From positions 1,344,001 through 1,408,000 of the forward strand of contig CAVPPB010000003.1 of assembly GCA_963707215.1 (NCBI GenBank): a stretch of 64,000 nt of DNA, written 5' to 3'. The notes under the pieces were generated by a model that saw only the letters and a program-made list of their open reading frames with translations, was not told the origin of the DNA and did no database searches. This DNA is from an uncultured Chloroflexia bacterium. Lineage in GTDB: Bacteria > Chloroflexota > Limnocylindria > Limnocylindrales > CSP1-4. The translations under genes were made by a program, and so were the position numbers. Shown piece after piece: positions 31,165 through 40,373 of the stretch. Within the stretch, counting starts at the first letter, position 1. Every line of letters begins with the position of its first letter.

Positions 31165-32610
31165 ATGCAACATCGGACACTCGGGCTGCTCATGGCCCCC
31201 GCGCTCCTGGCATTCCTGGCCTCGGCATGTGCCGACACCCCGGCCGAGCCGACGCCGGCACCCAGCGCGCGCGAAGCGCCATCGACCAGCCGTCCGCTCG
31301 TCATCGATGTCGACCTCGATGCGAGCGACCTCCTCGCGGTCGCCATCCTCGTCCGCGACCCGGCCCTCGATGTCCGGGCGCTGACCGTCTCGGCGACGGG
31401 GCTCATCCACTGCGAGCCGGGGCTGCGCGTCGGAAGGGGGCTCCTCGACGCCCTCGGTCGCCCAGACGTCCCGGTCGCCTGCGGCCGCGAGACCGCCGAA
31501 GGCGACGCCCGCCCATTCCCGGACGCATGGAGGGAGGGCGCCGACCGCGCCTGGGGCATGTCGCTTGCCGAGGCGGTGCCGGACTCCGACCCGGGCACGG
31601 CAGCCGAGCTGATCTCCCGGGTCGTCGCCGCCAGCGAGCGGCCGGTCACGGTCTTCGCGGCTGGGCCGCTGACCAACATCGCCGATGCCCTCGCCGCGGA
31701 TCCCGAGCTGGAGCGACGGATCGAGCGACTGCACCTGATGGGCGGGGCCGTCGACGCCCTGGGCAACGTCATCGTGGACGACGTGTCGCAGGCCGATCGG
31801 CTGGAGTGGAACTTCGTGGCCGACCCTGGAGCGGTCGGCGCGGTACTCGCGTCGTCCGTCCCGATCGACCTCGTCCCGCTCGACGCCACCGACGACGTGC
31901 CCGTGCCAGCTGACCTCCTGGCCTGGCTCGAGGAGGACCACACGGCCGCCGGTGCCGATATCGCCTACGAGCTGCTGCTTCGGTTCCCCGGCCGCATCAC
32001 CGACCCTGGCTCGCAGCTCTGGGACGAGCTTGCCGCGCTGACCGTCAGCGGGCCCGGCCTGGTCTCGTGGGAGACCGCGAAGATGACGGCCGTGACCGAG
32101 GGGGCGCTGGCCGGCAGGATCGAGCGCGATCCCGGGGGTCGCGAGATCCGGTTCGCCAGCGCCGCCGACCGTCCCGCGGTCGAGGCCGCCTTGCTCGAAG
32201 CGCTCCACCGCGGGCCGCCGCGGCCCGAACCGTTCGTCCTCGAGGCAGCGGCTCGGCTGATCTGGGACGGCACGACCTGTGCCTGGAAGGGCGATCCTCC
32301 CGGGGCCGCCGGACTTCGCCAGCTGACGCTCGAGAACGACATGGCCACGTTCGGGGGAGCGTTCGTCGTGGCGGTGGAGTCCCCCCATTCCTGGGCCGAG
32401 CTGCTGGACTTCCTCGCCGCATTCGACTTCGAGAACGGCACGGAGCCACCGGCATGGATCGTCCCGCTCGCGACCGACTTCGGAGCCGCGGCCGGTGCCG
32501 AGGTGACGTCGCTGGTCGATCTGCCGTCCGGCACGTCGGGTGCGCTGTGCATCTCGGGGGAGTGGCCGGACATCGAGCTCGTCCCGGGCGAGCCGCTCGA
32601 CCTGCCGTGA
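31165..32610 (+). CDS. Lipoprotein with nucleoside hydrolase (IU-NH)-like domain and extra C-terminal domain
   Basis: Lipobox LASAC; DVDLDASD, GPLTNIA, MGGA..GN, EWNF.ADP, PLDAT and WD motifs. Confidence 0.8.
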   Translation: MQHRTLGLLMAPALLAFLASACADTPAEPTPAPSAREAPSTSRPLVIDVDLDASDLLAVAILVRDPALDVRALTVSATGLIHCEPGLRVGRGLLDALGRPDVPVACGRETAEGDARPFPDAWREGADRAWGMSLAEAVPDSDPGTAAELISRVVAASERPVTVFAAGPLTNIADALAADPELERRIERLHLMGGAVDALGNVIVDDVSQADRLEWNFVADPGAVGAVLASSVPIDLVPLDATDDVPVPADLLAWLEEDHTAAGADIAYELLLRFPGRITDPGSQLWDELAALTVSGPGLVSWETAKMTAVTEGALAGRIERDPGGREIRFASAADRPAVEAALLEALHRGPPRPEPFVLEAAARLIWDGTTCAWKGDPPGAAGLRQLTLENDMATFGGAFVVAVESPHSWAELLDFLAAFDFENGTEPPAWIVPLATDFGAAAGAEVTSLVDLPSGTSGALCISGEWPDIELVPGEPLDLP

Positions 32611-32661
32611 CCGATTCGGTACCGTGATGGCCAGCCGTCCCGCCATGCAGGAAGCCGCCAG

Positions 32662-33861
32662 ATGACGATCACGCCCCGGACCATCCTCCTGGTCGGCCTG
32701 TGGGCGGTCGCGGTCGGCATCGCCGTGGTCGACCTGCTCGTCGGGCTCTTCGCCCGACGCGGCGGCGTGAGCTTCGAGGGCACCGCCTGGACGCCGGCGC
32801 TGCAGGCCGGTTTCGCGACCGTCGGGGTGCTGATCCTGGTCAACCGTCCGAGGAACGTGATCGGCGGTCTCTGCCTGGCGATCGGGCTCGTGCTCGCCGC
32901 CAGCGCCGCCATGGCGGCGTACGCGACGCTCGACGACGTCCGCGGGGGGCCGGCGACCGCGGCGGGCTCGACGGCCGCCATGCTGTCCACGGCGCTCCGG
33001 AGTCTCGCGATCGTGCTGTACGTGCCGCTCCTCGCTCGCTTCCCCTCCGGCCATCTCCTGTCGCGGCGCTGGGCGGTCGCCGACGCACTGGTCCTCTTCT
33101 TCGTCGGCACGGTCGCGGTCGAGACCCTGAGACCGCATCGCGTCGAGCTCGAGTGGGTGCTGGCGTTCGAGAACCCGATCGGGATCCTGGGGCTCCCGGT
33201 GGCAGGGGAGCCCGCCCTGCAGGCGGCCGGGGGCTTCGCGGTGGCCGCGGCCATCCTCGTCACCGGGGCCGCGATCGTGCTCCGCTACCGGCGAGGAGGT
33301 CCGACCGAGCGAGCCCAGATCCGCTGGGTCGTCGCCGCGTATCTCGTGGCCATCGGCGCCATCGGGGCCGCCCTCGTGGCGCCGCGCCCGGTGTCCGACC
33401 TCGCCTGGCTCGTGCTCACGCTCGTGCCCGGGCTGATCCCCATCGCCATCGGGGTCGCCGTGCTGCGATACCGGCTGTACGAGATCGACCGGCTCATCAG
33501 CCGGACGATCGGCTGGGCAATCGTGACGGGAGTGCTGGTCGGCGCCTTCGTCTTCCTGGTGCTCGGGTTGACCTCGGTCGTCGAGCCCCTGTTCGGTGGT
33601 GGCAACACCCTCGCGATCGCCGGCTCCACGTTGGTCGTCGCGGCCCTCTTCAACCCGGTCCGGACGCGGGTCCAGCGAGCGGTCGACCGACGGTTCGACC
33701 GGGGCCGCTATGACGGCGAGCGGCTCCTCGCTGCCTTCACCGAGCGGCTGCGCGACGAGGTCGACCTCACCACGATCTCCGCTGATGTCCTCGCCACCGT
33801 CGATGCCGCGGTCCGACCGAGCTCTGCCGGTCTCTGGCTGCGGGGGAGCGGCCCCCGCTAG
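32662..33861 (+). CDS. Polytopic membrane sensor-like protein, paralog 1 (ends in partial GAF)
   Basis: RPRN.IG, FPSG, RAQIRW and conserved LRYRLYEID...LRDEVDL...GLWLR C-terminus; no kinase domain. Confidence 0.82.
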   Translation: MTITPRTILLVGLWAVAVGIAVVDLLVGLFARRGGVSFEGTAWTPALQAGFATVGVLILVNRPRNVIGGLCLAIGLVLAASAAMAAYATLDDVRGGPATAAGSTAAMLSTALRSLAIVLYVPLLARFPSGHLLSRRWAVADALVLFFVGTVAVETLRPHRVELEWVLAFENPIGILGLPVAGEPALQAAGGFAVAAAILVTGAAIVLRYRRGGPTERAQIRWVVAAYLVAIGAIGAALVAPRPVSDLAWLVLTLVPGLIPIAIGVAVLRYRLYEIDRLISRTIGWAIVTGVLVGAFVFLVLGLTSVVEPLFGGGNTLAIAGSTLVVAALFNPVRTRVQRAVDRRFDRGRYDGERLLAAFTERLRDEVDLTTISADVLATVDAAVRPSSAGLWLRGSGPR

Positions 33862-33883
33862 GCGCCACCCAGCGGCGAGGCCG

Positions 33884-36820
33884 CTACCAGGTCTCGAGCA
33901 TCCAGATCCCCGGCTCCAGCTCGCCGGGCATCCCGCCAACGTCGGCGAACGCGGTGACCGCCTCCCGCAGGTGCTCCAGCGCCTCGTCGTCCCGTCCGGC
34001 CGACCGCAGCATGTCGGCCAGGTTGTTCTCGACGGCCGCCTCGAGGTGGCGCTCGCCGGCGCGTCGTGCCGAGAACGACGCGCTCTCCGCAAGGGTCAAC
34101 GCCAGGTCGATGTCGCCCTGGTCGGCGACGACGAGCGCCAGCGCGTTGGCGGCCGCGATGGAGGCGACCGGATCGGGCAGCGTCGCCGCCGCAGCGAGGC
34201 TCCGCTCCAGGAGGGCCCGCGCGTCCTCGAGATCGCCGCGATCCCGGGCCAGCAGCCCGAGGATCCGATCGGCCTCGGCCTCCGCGGCGATGTCGCCCGT
34301 CGCCAGGGCACGGGCTTCGAGGGCCAGCGCCGCGGCCGACTCCGGCCGCCCGGACCGAGCCGCCGCGACCGCTTGATCCGCGAGGAGGTCGGATCGCCGC
34401 GGCCCCGTCCCCTCGCCGGCCTCGTCGAGAGCGGCCACGGCGGCGGCCAGGTGTCGCCCGGCGCGACCCGGATCGCCGCGTCGGAGATGGACCTGGCCCA
34501 GGCGATGCTCGATGGTGGCCAACCGGTCCGCGGGCGCCGACGCAGCCGCCGTCTCGAGAGTCGAGATGGCCTTCGGATAGTCCCCGGTCCGCATGGCGAC
34601 CTCCCCGATGGCCAGGTGCAGGCCGAGCACGTCTGGGTCGCCCAGGGCAAGGGCCGCCTCGAGATAGGCGAGGGCCTCCCGGTTGGCGAAGACCGCGCGG
34701 GCAAGATCGCCGGCCTCGCGGTAGGCGGCCGCAGCCTCGGGTCCGCGGCCCGCGGCCTGCTCATGGGTCGCGATACGGGCCAGGCGCCCGAGCTGGTCGA
34801 GGTCTCGACCGGCCGGCCCACGGAGCGCCTCGGCCGCCCGGCGATGGAGCAGGCGCCGCCTGACCACGCTCGTCGTCTCGTAGGCGACGTCGCGGAGGCG
34901 GGCATGGACGAAGTCGAACACCGGACCGCCGCTGCCAGTGGACTCGTTGACGATCCCCCGGCGCAGGAGCTCCTCGATGGCCATCACCGTCTCGTCGTCC
35001 GATCGACCACTCACGGCGCGGGCGGCCTCGGCTCCGAACGACCGCCCGATGACGGCCGCGGCCGCGACGACCTGCGTGGCCACGTCGCTGACCCCGGCCA
35101 GGCGTCCCTGGAGCAGTGCGCGGATGCCGGCCGGCATCGCGCCAGCGGGACGATCCGGCACGGCCAGGGCCTCGACGACGTAGAGCGGCAGCCCTTCGGC
35201 CTCGTCGACGAGGGCATCGAGGATGGCAGGGGAGGGCATCGGCCGGCCGGTCGTCACGATCGCATCGACGAGTTCGCGGACGTGGGCCTGCGCCAGCCGA
35301 TCGAGCCGGACGACGGCACCGGGCATCGCGTCCGCGGTCGCCACGAGTGGCTGGGCTCGCTCGTCGAGGTCCTCGCGGCGCCACGAGAGCAGCAGGGCGA
35401 TCGGGTGCGTCTCAAGTCGGCGGGCGAGGTAGGCGAGCGCCTCGAGCGTCGAGTCGTCGGCCCACTGGAGATCGTCGAGGCGGACGAGGACGGGCCGGGC
35501 CGGGCCGTCCGGGCCGTCCGGGCTGGCGATCGCACCGAGGCCCGCGGCGATCGCCTCGAGCAGTCGGAGCCGAGCTGCCGGACCCGATGCGGGACCGGGA
35601 CCGGTCGCCGGACCGGTCCGCTCGAGCTCCGGCACGAGCGTGGCGAGGAAGCCTCGATCCCGCTCGGAAAGCCGGGCAAGAGCGTCGGGACCATCAGCCA
35701 GGGCGAGCACCGACCGGAGCAGCCCGGCGATCGGGGCGAGCGCGATGCCCGCCTCGCCGGCATAGCAGCGCGCCGCGACCACGGGGTGATCCATCGTCGC
35801 CGCCCGCTCGGTGACGGCATCTGCGAGCCGCGTCTTGCCGATCCCCGCCTCGCCCTCGATGACCGCGAGCCGGCCGCTGCCTTCCCCGAGGGCGAGCGCG
35901 GCCGACACCCGCTCCAGCTCGTCAGCACGACCGATGAGCGGCGCGATCGAGGGGCGGCCCGGAGCCGCCGCGGCTGGCGCGGACGGCGATGTGGCGGCCT
36001 CGCCCGCGGCGGATCCTGGAGGCGACGCCGTCGCCAGCTCCCCCGCCAGGATCGCCTCGTACAGCTCCGTCGTCTCGGGAAGCGGTCCGACGCCCAGCTC
36101 ACGGTCAAGGATCGCGGCCGCGTCGCGGTACTGCCGGACCGCCGCGGCCGTCTCGCCGGAGCGTGCGTAGGCCTCCATGAGGGCTCGGTGGGCCGGCTCG
36201 TGCAGCGGGTCGAGCCCGAACCACCGCCGACCAGCCACGATCGCGCCGTCCCAGCCGCCGGCCGCGAGGCGCTCCCGAACGAGCCGCTCGAGCGCCCCGG
36301 CGAGCTCACGCTGATGGGCCTCGCGCTCGATCTCGATCCACTCATCCCACGCCTCGCTGTCGCGGAGCGAGAAGCCCTCCATGAGCCCCCCACGGTCGAG
36401 GGCCAGGGCAGCTTCGAGCGCCGCCTGGCAGTCCCCGCAGGCACGATCCGGCTCGTGGCCGTGACCCCGGGCCTGGGTCACCGCGTCGCGGAACCGGGCG
36501 ACGTCGAGCTCGATCGATCCTGGGTCGAGGGCGACCGACGTCCGGTCGATGGTCAGGCCGGTCCCATCGAGGGCCGAGTTGAGCACCGAGAGCGTCCGGC
36601 GCAGCGCGCCTCGGGCCTCCTGGTCGCCCGAATCCGGCCAGAGGAGCGCGCCCAGGGACTCGCGGGACGCGGGCCGGCCGGTCAGGGCCAGGTAGGCCAG
36701 CAGGGCGATGGCCTTCCGCGTGTCGACGGCCAGCGGTGCACCGCCGACGCGGATGTCGACCGGGCCCAGCAGGCGGATCGCGATCGTGCGCGTCGGGGGG
36801 GCCGGCGACCTCGGTGGCAT
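33884..36820 (-). CDS. SARP-type transcriptional regulator (wHTH, BTAD, STAND NTPase, TPR)
   Basis: IRLLG..KAIALLAYLA..RE.L..LLWP, DPLHE.AHR.LM, Walker A GEAGIGKT, LDDLQWAD, GLPLY, F.H and helical repeats; ATG 36820 with TATCGT 7 nt upstream. Confidence 0.9.
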   Translation of the reverse strand: MPPRSPAPPTRTIAIRLLGPVDIRVGGAPLAVDTRKAIALLAYLALTGRPASRESLGALLWPDSGDQEARGALRRTLSVLNSALDGTGLTIDRTSVALDPGSIELDVARFRDAVTQARGHGHEPDRACGDCQAALEAALALDRGGLMEGFSLRDSEAWDEWIEIEREAHQRELAGALERLVRERLAAGGWDGAIVAGRRWFGLDPLHEPAHRALMEAYARSGETAAAVRQYRDAAAILDRELGVGPLPETTELYEAILAGELATASPPGSAAGEAATSPSAPAAAAPGRPSIAPLIGRADELERVSAALALGEGSGRLAVIEGEAGIGKTRLADAVTERAATMDHPVVAARCYAGEAGIALAPIAGLLRSVLALADGPDALARLSERDRGFLATLVPELERTGPATGPGPASGPAARLRLLEAIAAGLGAIASPDGPDGPARPVLVRLDDLQWADDSTLEALAYLARRLETHPIALLLSWRREDLDERAQPLVATADAMPGAVVRLDRLAQAHVRELVDAIVTTGRPMPSPAILDALVDEAEGLPLYVVEALAVPDRPAGAMPAGIRALLQGRLAGVSDVATQVVAAAAVIGRSFGAEAARAVSGRSDDETVMAIEELLRRGIVNESTGSGGPVFDFVHARLRDVAYETTSVVRRRLLHRRAAEALRGPAGRDLDQLGRLARIATHEQAAGRGPEAAAAYREAGDLARAVFANREALAYLEAALALGDPDVLGLHLAIGEVAMRTGDYPKAISTLETAAASAPADRLATIEHRLGQVHLRRGDPGRAGRHLAAAVAALDEAGEGTGPRRSDLLADQAVAAARSGRPESAAALALEARALATGDIAAEAEADRILGLLARDRGDLEDARALLERSLAAAATLPDPVASIAAANALALVVADQGDIDLALTLAESASFSARRAGERHLEAAVENNLADMLRSAGRDDEALEHLREAVTAFADVGGMPGELEPGIWMLETW

Positions 36821-36852
36821 CCACGCAACGATACCGCCCTTGCCGTGCGGTT

Positions 36853-36885
36853 CGTAACGTTTCCCGGACCCCCGTCCGCCAGGGT
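36853..36885 (+). promoter_or_regulatory. CGTAACG box (copy 2), in the region divergent from the SARP regulator
   Basis: CGTAACG-tttc-CCGGACC; CAGGGT at +27. Confidence 0.7.
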
Positions 36886-37021
36886 GGCTGTGCCTGGCCG
36901 GGGGGCCATGGTGGGGCCCGGCGAACGGAGGTGTCGTGGGGTCCGCAAGCACACGAGTCGACCGGAGGGTTGCCGTACCGTCGTACGGTGGGGGGGCCGT
37001 ACCGAGCCCGGCGTGCGTCCC

Positions 37022-38323
37022 ATGAGCCGACCCAGCGACCCGCACCCTGCGCCGCCTCGACACACCAGCCCAGCACCTGTCGCTGCTCCGAGCATCCCGA
37101 CGCGACGACGCCCGACGACCTGCATCGCGGTCGCGCTCCTCGCCCTGGCGCTCGGCATGATCGCCTTCCTGGCGGCCTCCTCGCTCGTGCTGCCGGGCGC
37201 GGATCGACTCCCGGGCCGACCCGAGGGGATCGTGGACGTCCTGTGGATCGCGATCACGCTGGGAGCGTTCGTGTCGCTGCCGACGATGGGGGCGATCCTT
37301 GCCATCCTCCGGCCACGCAACCCGATCGGCTGGCTCCTGCTCGGCAGCGGCGTCGCGATCATCCTGGGTACGTCCGGGCCGGAGTACGTCGACCGGAGCC
37401 TTCTCCTCGGGGCCGAGCTGCCCGGCGACCGCATCGTGGACTGGCTCTCGGCACGGTCCGAAGGCCTCGGGTTCATGCTCGTGGCCGTCTGGATCCCGTT
37501 GGTCTTCCCGGACGGGCGGCTGCCCGGCCCCAGGTGGCGACTCGTGGCCATCGTTGCGGCGCTCGCGATGGTGACGAGCGTCGTTGCCGGCGCCCTGACG
37601 GTGCACGGGGACGGCCAGTGGGACCCCGCATTCCCCAACCCGCTGGCGGCCGAAGGGTGGCTGGCTGACCTCGCCGTCGTCCTGGTGGATGTCGGGAACC
37701 TGGTCCTCCTGGTCTGTATCCCGCTTGCAGCGGCATCGGTGATCGTCCGCTTCCGGCGGTCCCGCGGCGCCGAGCGGGAACAGATGAAGTGGTTCCTGGC
37801 GGCGGCGTCGGTCCTCGCGGGCGCATTCCTCCTGATGGCCGGGGTCCAGCAGGACTGGACCTACATCCTCACCCTGGCCAGCTTCTCGCTCCTCCCCATC
37901 GCCATCGGCATCGCCGTCCTGCGGTACCGCCTGTACGAGATCGACCGGCTCATCAGCAAGTCCATCGGCTGGGCCATCGTGACGGGGTTGTTGGTCGGGG
38001 CCTTCGCCCTCCTGGTCCTCGGACTCCAGACCGTGCTCGAGCCCCTCACCGGGGGCAACACCCTGGCGATCGCCGGCTCGACCCTCGTGGTGGCGGCCCT
38101 GTTCCAGCCCCTCCGGACCCGGGTCCAGCGGGCCGTCGACCGGCGGTTCGACCGGAGCCGCTACGACGGGGAGCGGCTGCTCGCCGCCTACTCCGAGCGC
38201 CTGCGCGACGAAGTGGACCTCTCGACGATCAGTGCCGACGTCCTCGCCACCGTCGATGCCGCGGTCCGGCCGAGCGCTGCCGGCCTCTGGCTGCGGGAGC
38301 GACCCGGGGGCGGGCGGCCCTGA
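37022..38323 (+). CDS. Polytopic membrane sensor-like protein, paralog 2
   Basis: RPRNPIGW, FPDGRLP..RWR, NP, REQMKW and the same conserved C-terminus. Confidence 0.85.
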   Translation: MSRPSDPHPAPPRHTSPAPVAAPSIPTRRRPTTCIAVALLALALGMIAFLAASSLVLPGADRLPGRPEGIVDVLWIAITLGAFVSLPTMGAILAILRPRNPIGWLLLGSGVAIILGTSGPEYVDRSLLLGAELPGDRIVDWLSARSEGLGFMLVAVWIPLVFPDGRLPGPRWRLVAIVAALAMVTSVVAGALTVHGDGQWDPAFPNPLAAEGWLADLAVVLVDVGNLVLLVCIPLAAASVIVRFRRSRGAEREQMKWFLAAASVLAGAFLLMAGVQQDWTYILTLASFSLLPIAIGIAVLRYRLYEIDRLISKSIGWAIVTGLLVGAFALLVLGLQTVLEPLTGGNTLAIAGSTLVVAALFQPLRTRVQRAVDRRFDRSRYDGERLLAAYSERLRDEVDLSTISADVLATVDAAVRPSAAGLWLRERPGGGRP

Positions 38324-38387
38324 GCTCCGCTCGTCTCGACGGGATCCATGCAGGCATCGTCACGGTCTGCGAGACCCGCCGCGAACT

Positions 38388-38420
38388 CGTAACGCTTCCC
38401 CGACGCTCCCGGACCACGAT
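38388..38420 (+). promoter_or_regulatory. CGTAACG box (copy 3)
   Basis: CGTAACG-cttc-CCCGACG; CACGAT at +27. Confidence 0.7.
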
Positions 38421-38471
38421 GTCGGCAGCCGGCCGCGGGGGGCGGCCGGCATCAGCACCGAGGAGCAGGCC

Positions 38472-38942
38472 ATGAGCTGGTCGATGGAGCACATCCGCGA
38501 GGCACCCGTGGCGCCAGGCGACGTGTTCGCCGCCTACACGGACCCGTCCACCTGGAGCGCCTGGGGGCACAACACGCGCTCAGCTCGGCTCAAGGGTCCG
38601 TTCCGCGAAGGAGCCGTCGTCCGCGTCGAGGCCGGCTACCGCCGCACCTGGCCGGTCCTCGTCCGGATGGTCGTGCCGGGGTGCACGGTCGTGTGCGAGG
38701 TCCGCCCGCCCGGGGTCACGATCGTCTCGACCTACGACGTGCGGCCGACAGAGGAGGGCGCCCGCCTTCGGCACGTCATCACCATCTCCGGCCGGCTCGA
38801 GCTCGCCTACCGACCACTGCGACCGCTGTACACGCGGCTGCTCGCGAAGGAGACGAGGCGCCTCGCCGAACACGTCACCGGGACCGGTGCCCGCGCCGAG
38901 GAGACGCGGGAGACGGCCGCGGACGGCCCACGACTGTCGTAA
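38472..38942 (+). CDS. SRPBCC/START family protein
   Basis: VFAAYTD..TW..W and GPF..G pattern; GAGGAG RBS. Confidence 0.75.
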   Translation: MSWSMEHIREAPVAPGDVFAAYTDPSTWSAWGHNTRSARLKGPFREGAVVRVEAGYRRTWPVLVRMVVPGCTVVCEVRPPGVTIVSTYDVRPTEEGARLRHVITISGRLELAYRPLRPLYTRLLAKETRRLAEHVTGTGARAEETRETAADGPRLS

Positions 38943-38970
38943 CGTTCCGCGAACACTCCACGCCGAGGAT
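38938..38970 (+). promoter_or_regulatory. CGTAACG box (copy 4)
   Basis: CGTAACG-ttcc-GCGAACA; GAGGAT at +27. Confidence 0.62.
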
Positions 38971-39072
38971 GCGTCCCGTGAACGGTCGATATCGAAGCCG
39001 TGCTGCAGCGCCGGCCAAGGCGTCCACGTACCTTCCGTTGACGGGTGGCCCGACCATCGGGTGCCTGGTCGC

Positions 39073-39156
39073 ATGAGCGCCGACGTCCTCGCGACCGTCG
39101 ATACCGCGGCCCGACCGACCGCTCCCGGCCCCTGGCTGCTGGGGTCCGAGCCATGA
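39073..39156 (+). pseudogene. Remnant of the conserved sensor C-terminus (27 aa)
   Basis: MSADVLATVDTAARPTAPGPWL matches ISADVLATVDAAVRPTAAGIWL; stop overlaps the next ATG (ATGA). Confidence 0.75.
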
Positions 39157-40373
39157 CGGCTGATCGGGGTCGTCTCCGCGCCGTCTCCGCGATCCTCATC
39201 ATCGCCTCGCTCGCGGGGTCGCTGGCGTTCACTATCGTCCTCGACGCGGTCGTGCTCGCCGGGTCGACGTCCTTCGACACGCCCATCCTCTCCCTGTTGC
39301 TCACGGCGATCGCGCTGGCGTTCTCGATCGTCGGGGCCGCGGTCGAGTGGCGGCGGCCCGGTCACGCAATCGGCCGCCTCCTGCTGCTCTCGGGACCGTT
39401 GTTCGCGTTCCTGGCGATGGGCTGGACGTTGGGAGGCTCTCTCGCTGCCCCCATCGACCCTGCCGTACATGCCCTGTTCGACTGGAGCGTGACCGTGCTC
39501 TCCTACCCGGGGATGGCAGTGATCGCAGGCTGGCTTCCGCTCCTGTTCCCCTCAGGAACGCTCCCAGGTCCGCGCTGGCGAGCTCCGGCGGCCGCGCTGG
39601 TCTTCGTGTCGTCGGTGAGCCTCCTCGCGCTTGCGACGCGGCCCGGGCCCCTAGTCGAGGATGGCCGAGCAAACCCGCTCGGCGTCGAAGCCTGGCCTCC
39701 CGCCCTCCAGCTGCTCGTCGACTCGCTGCTGCTTCAGCTCGTGCTGTTGTTCGTGCTCGCGGTCGTCGGACTCGCCGTCCGCTACCGGCGCGGGGACGAG
39801 GTCGCGCGCCACCAGATCCGCTGGCTGCTCGCGGCCGTGGGAACCGTGGCCGTGGGGTTCGTCGGTGCCCTCGTCGAGGGCCTCGTCCGCACGGACGAGG
39901 GGGTCTTCGTATCGATCATCGTGGCGTTCGTTGGCGTCCTGTTCATGCCCATCGCCATCGGCATCGCCGTCCTGCGGTACCGGCTGTACGAGATCGACCG
40001 GCTCATCAGCCGGACGATCGGCTGGGCGATCGTGACCGGGCTGCTGGTCGGGGCGTTCGCCCTCCTCGTGCTCGGGCTCCAGGCCGTGGTCGAGCCGATC
40101 ACCGGCGGGAACACGCTGGCGATCGCCGGGTCCACCCTCGTCGTGGCCGCCCTCTTCAACCCGGTTCGGACGAGGGTCCAGCGGGCCGTCGATCGACGGT
40201 TCGACCGCTCCCGGTACGACGGGGAGCGGCTCCTCGCCGCCTTCGGGGAGCGCCTTCGCGACGAGGTCGACCTGACCGCCATCAGGGCCGATGTCCTCGC
40301 CACCGTCGATGCCGCGGTCCGACCAAGCGCTGCCGGCCTCTGGCTGCGGGAGCGACCGGGGGGCCGGGCGTGA
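39153..40373 (+). CDS. Polytopic membrane sensor-like protein, paralog 3
   Basis: RRPGHAIG, FPSG.LPGPRWR, NPLG, RHQIRW and the conserved C-terminus. Confidence 0.85.
   Translation: MTADRGRLRAVSAILIIASLAGSLAFTIVLDAVVLAGSTSFDTPILSLLLTAIALAFSIVGAAVEWRRPGHAIGRLLLLSGPLFAFLAMGWTLGGSLAAPIDPAVHALFDWSVTVLSYPGMAVIAGWLPLLFPSGTLPGPRWRAPAAALVFVSSVSLLALATRPGPLVEDGRANPLGVEAWPPALQLLVDSLLLQLVLLFVLAVVGLAVRYRRGDEVARHQIRWLLAAVGTVAVGFVGALVEGLVRTDEGVFVSIIVAFVGVLFMPIAIGIAVLRYRLYEIDRLISRTIGWAIVTGLLVGAFALLVLGLQAVVEPITGGNTLAIAGSTLVVAALFNPVRTRVQRAVDRRFDRSRYDGERLLAAFGERLRDEVDLTAIRADVLATVDAAVRPSAAGLWLRERPGGRA

Noticed and set aside
28371-34092. Long minus-strand ORFs of 1190 and 1009 aa and many other Arg/Pro/Gly-rich ORFs
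   Set aside because: Stop-poor shadow frames of recognisable genes in very GC-rich DNA, with no motifs.
36886-37021. Possible riboswitch in the ~135-nt leader of sensor paralog 2
   Set aside because: Only a short imperfect palindrome (ccgtaccgtcgtacgg) is visible, and it matches no RNA family I recognise.
33596-38323. 1575-aa giant ORF
   Set aside because: The first ~1140 codons are an antisense shadow of the SARP gene. Only 37022-38323 looks coding.
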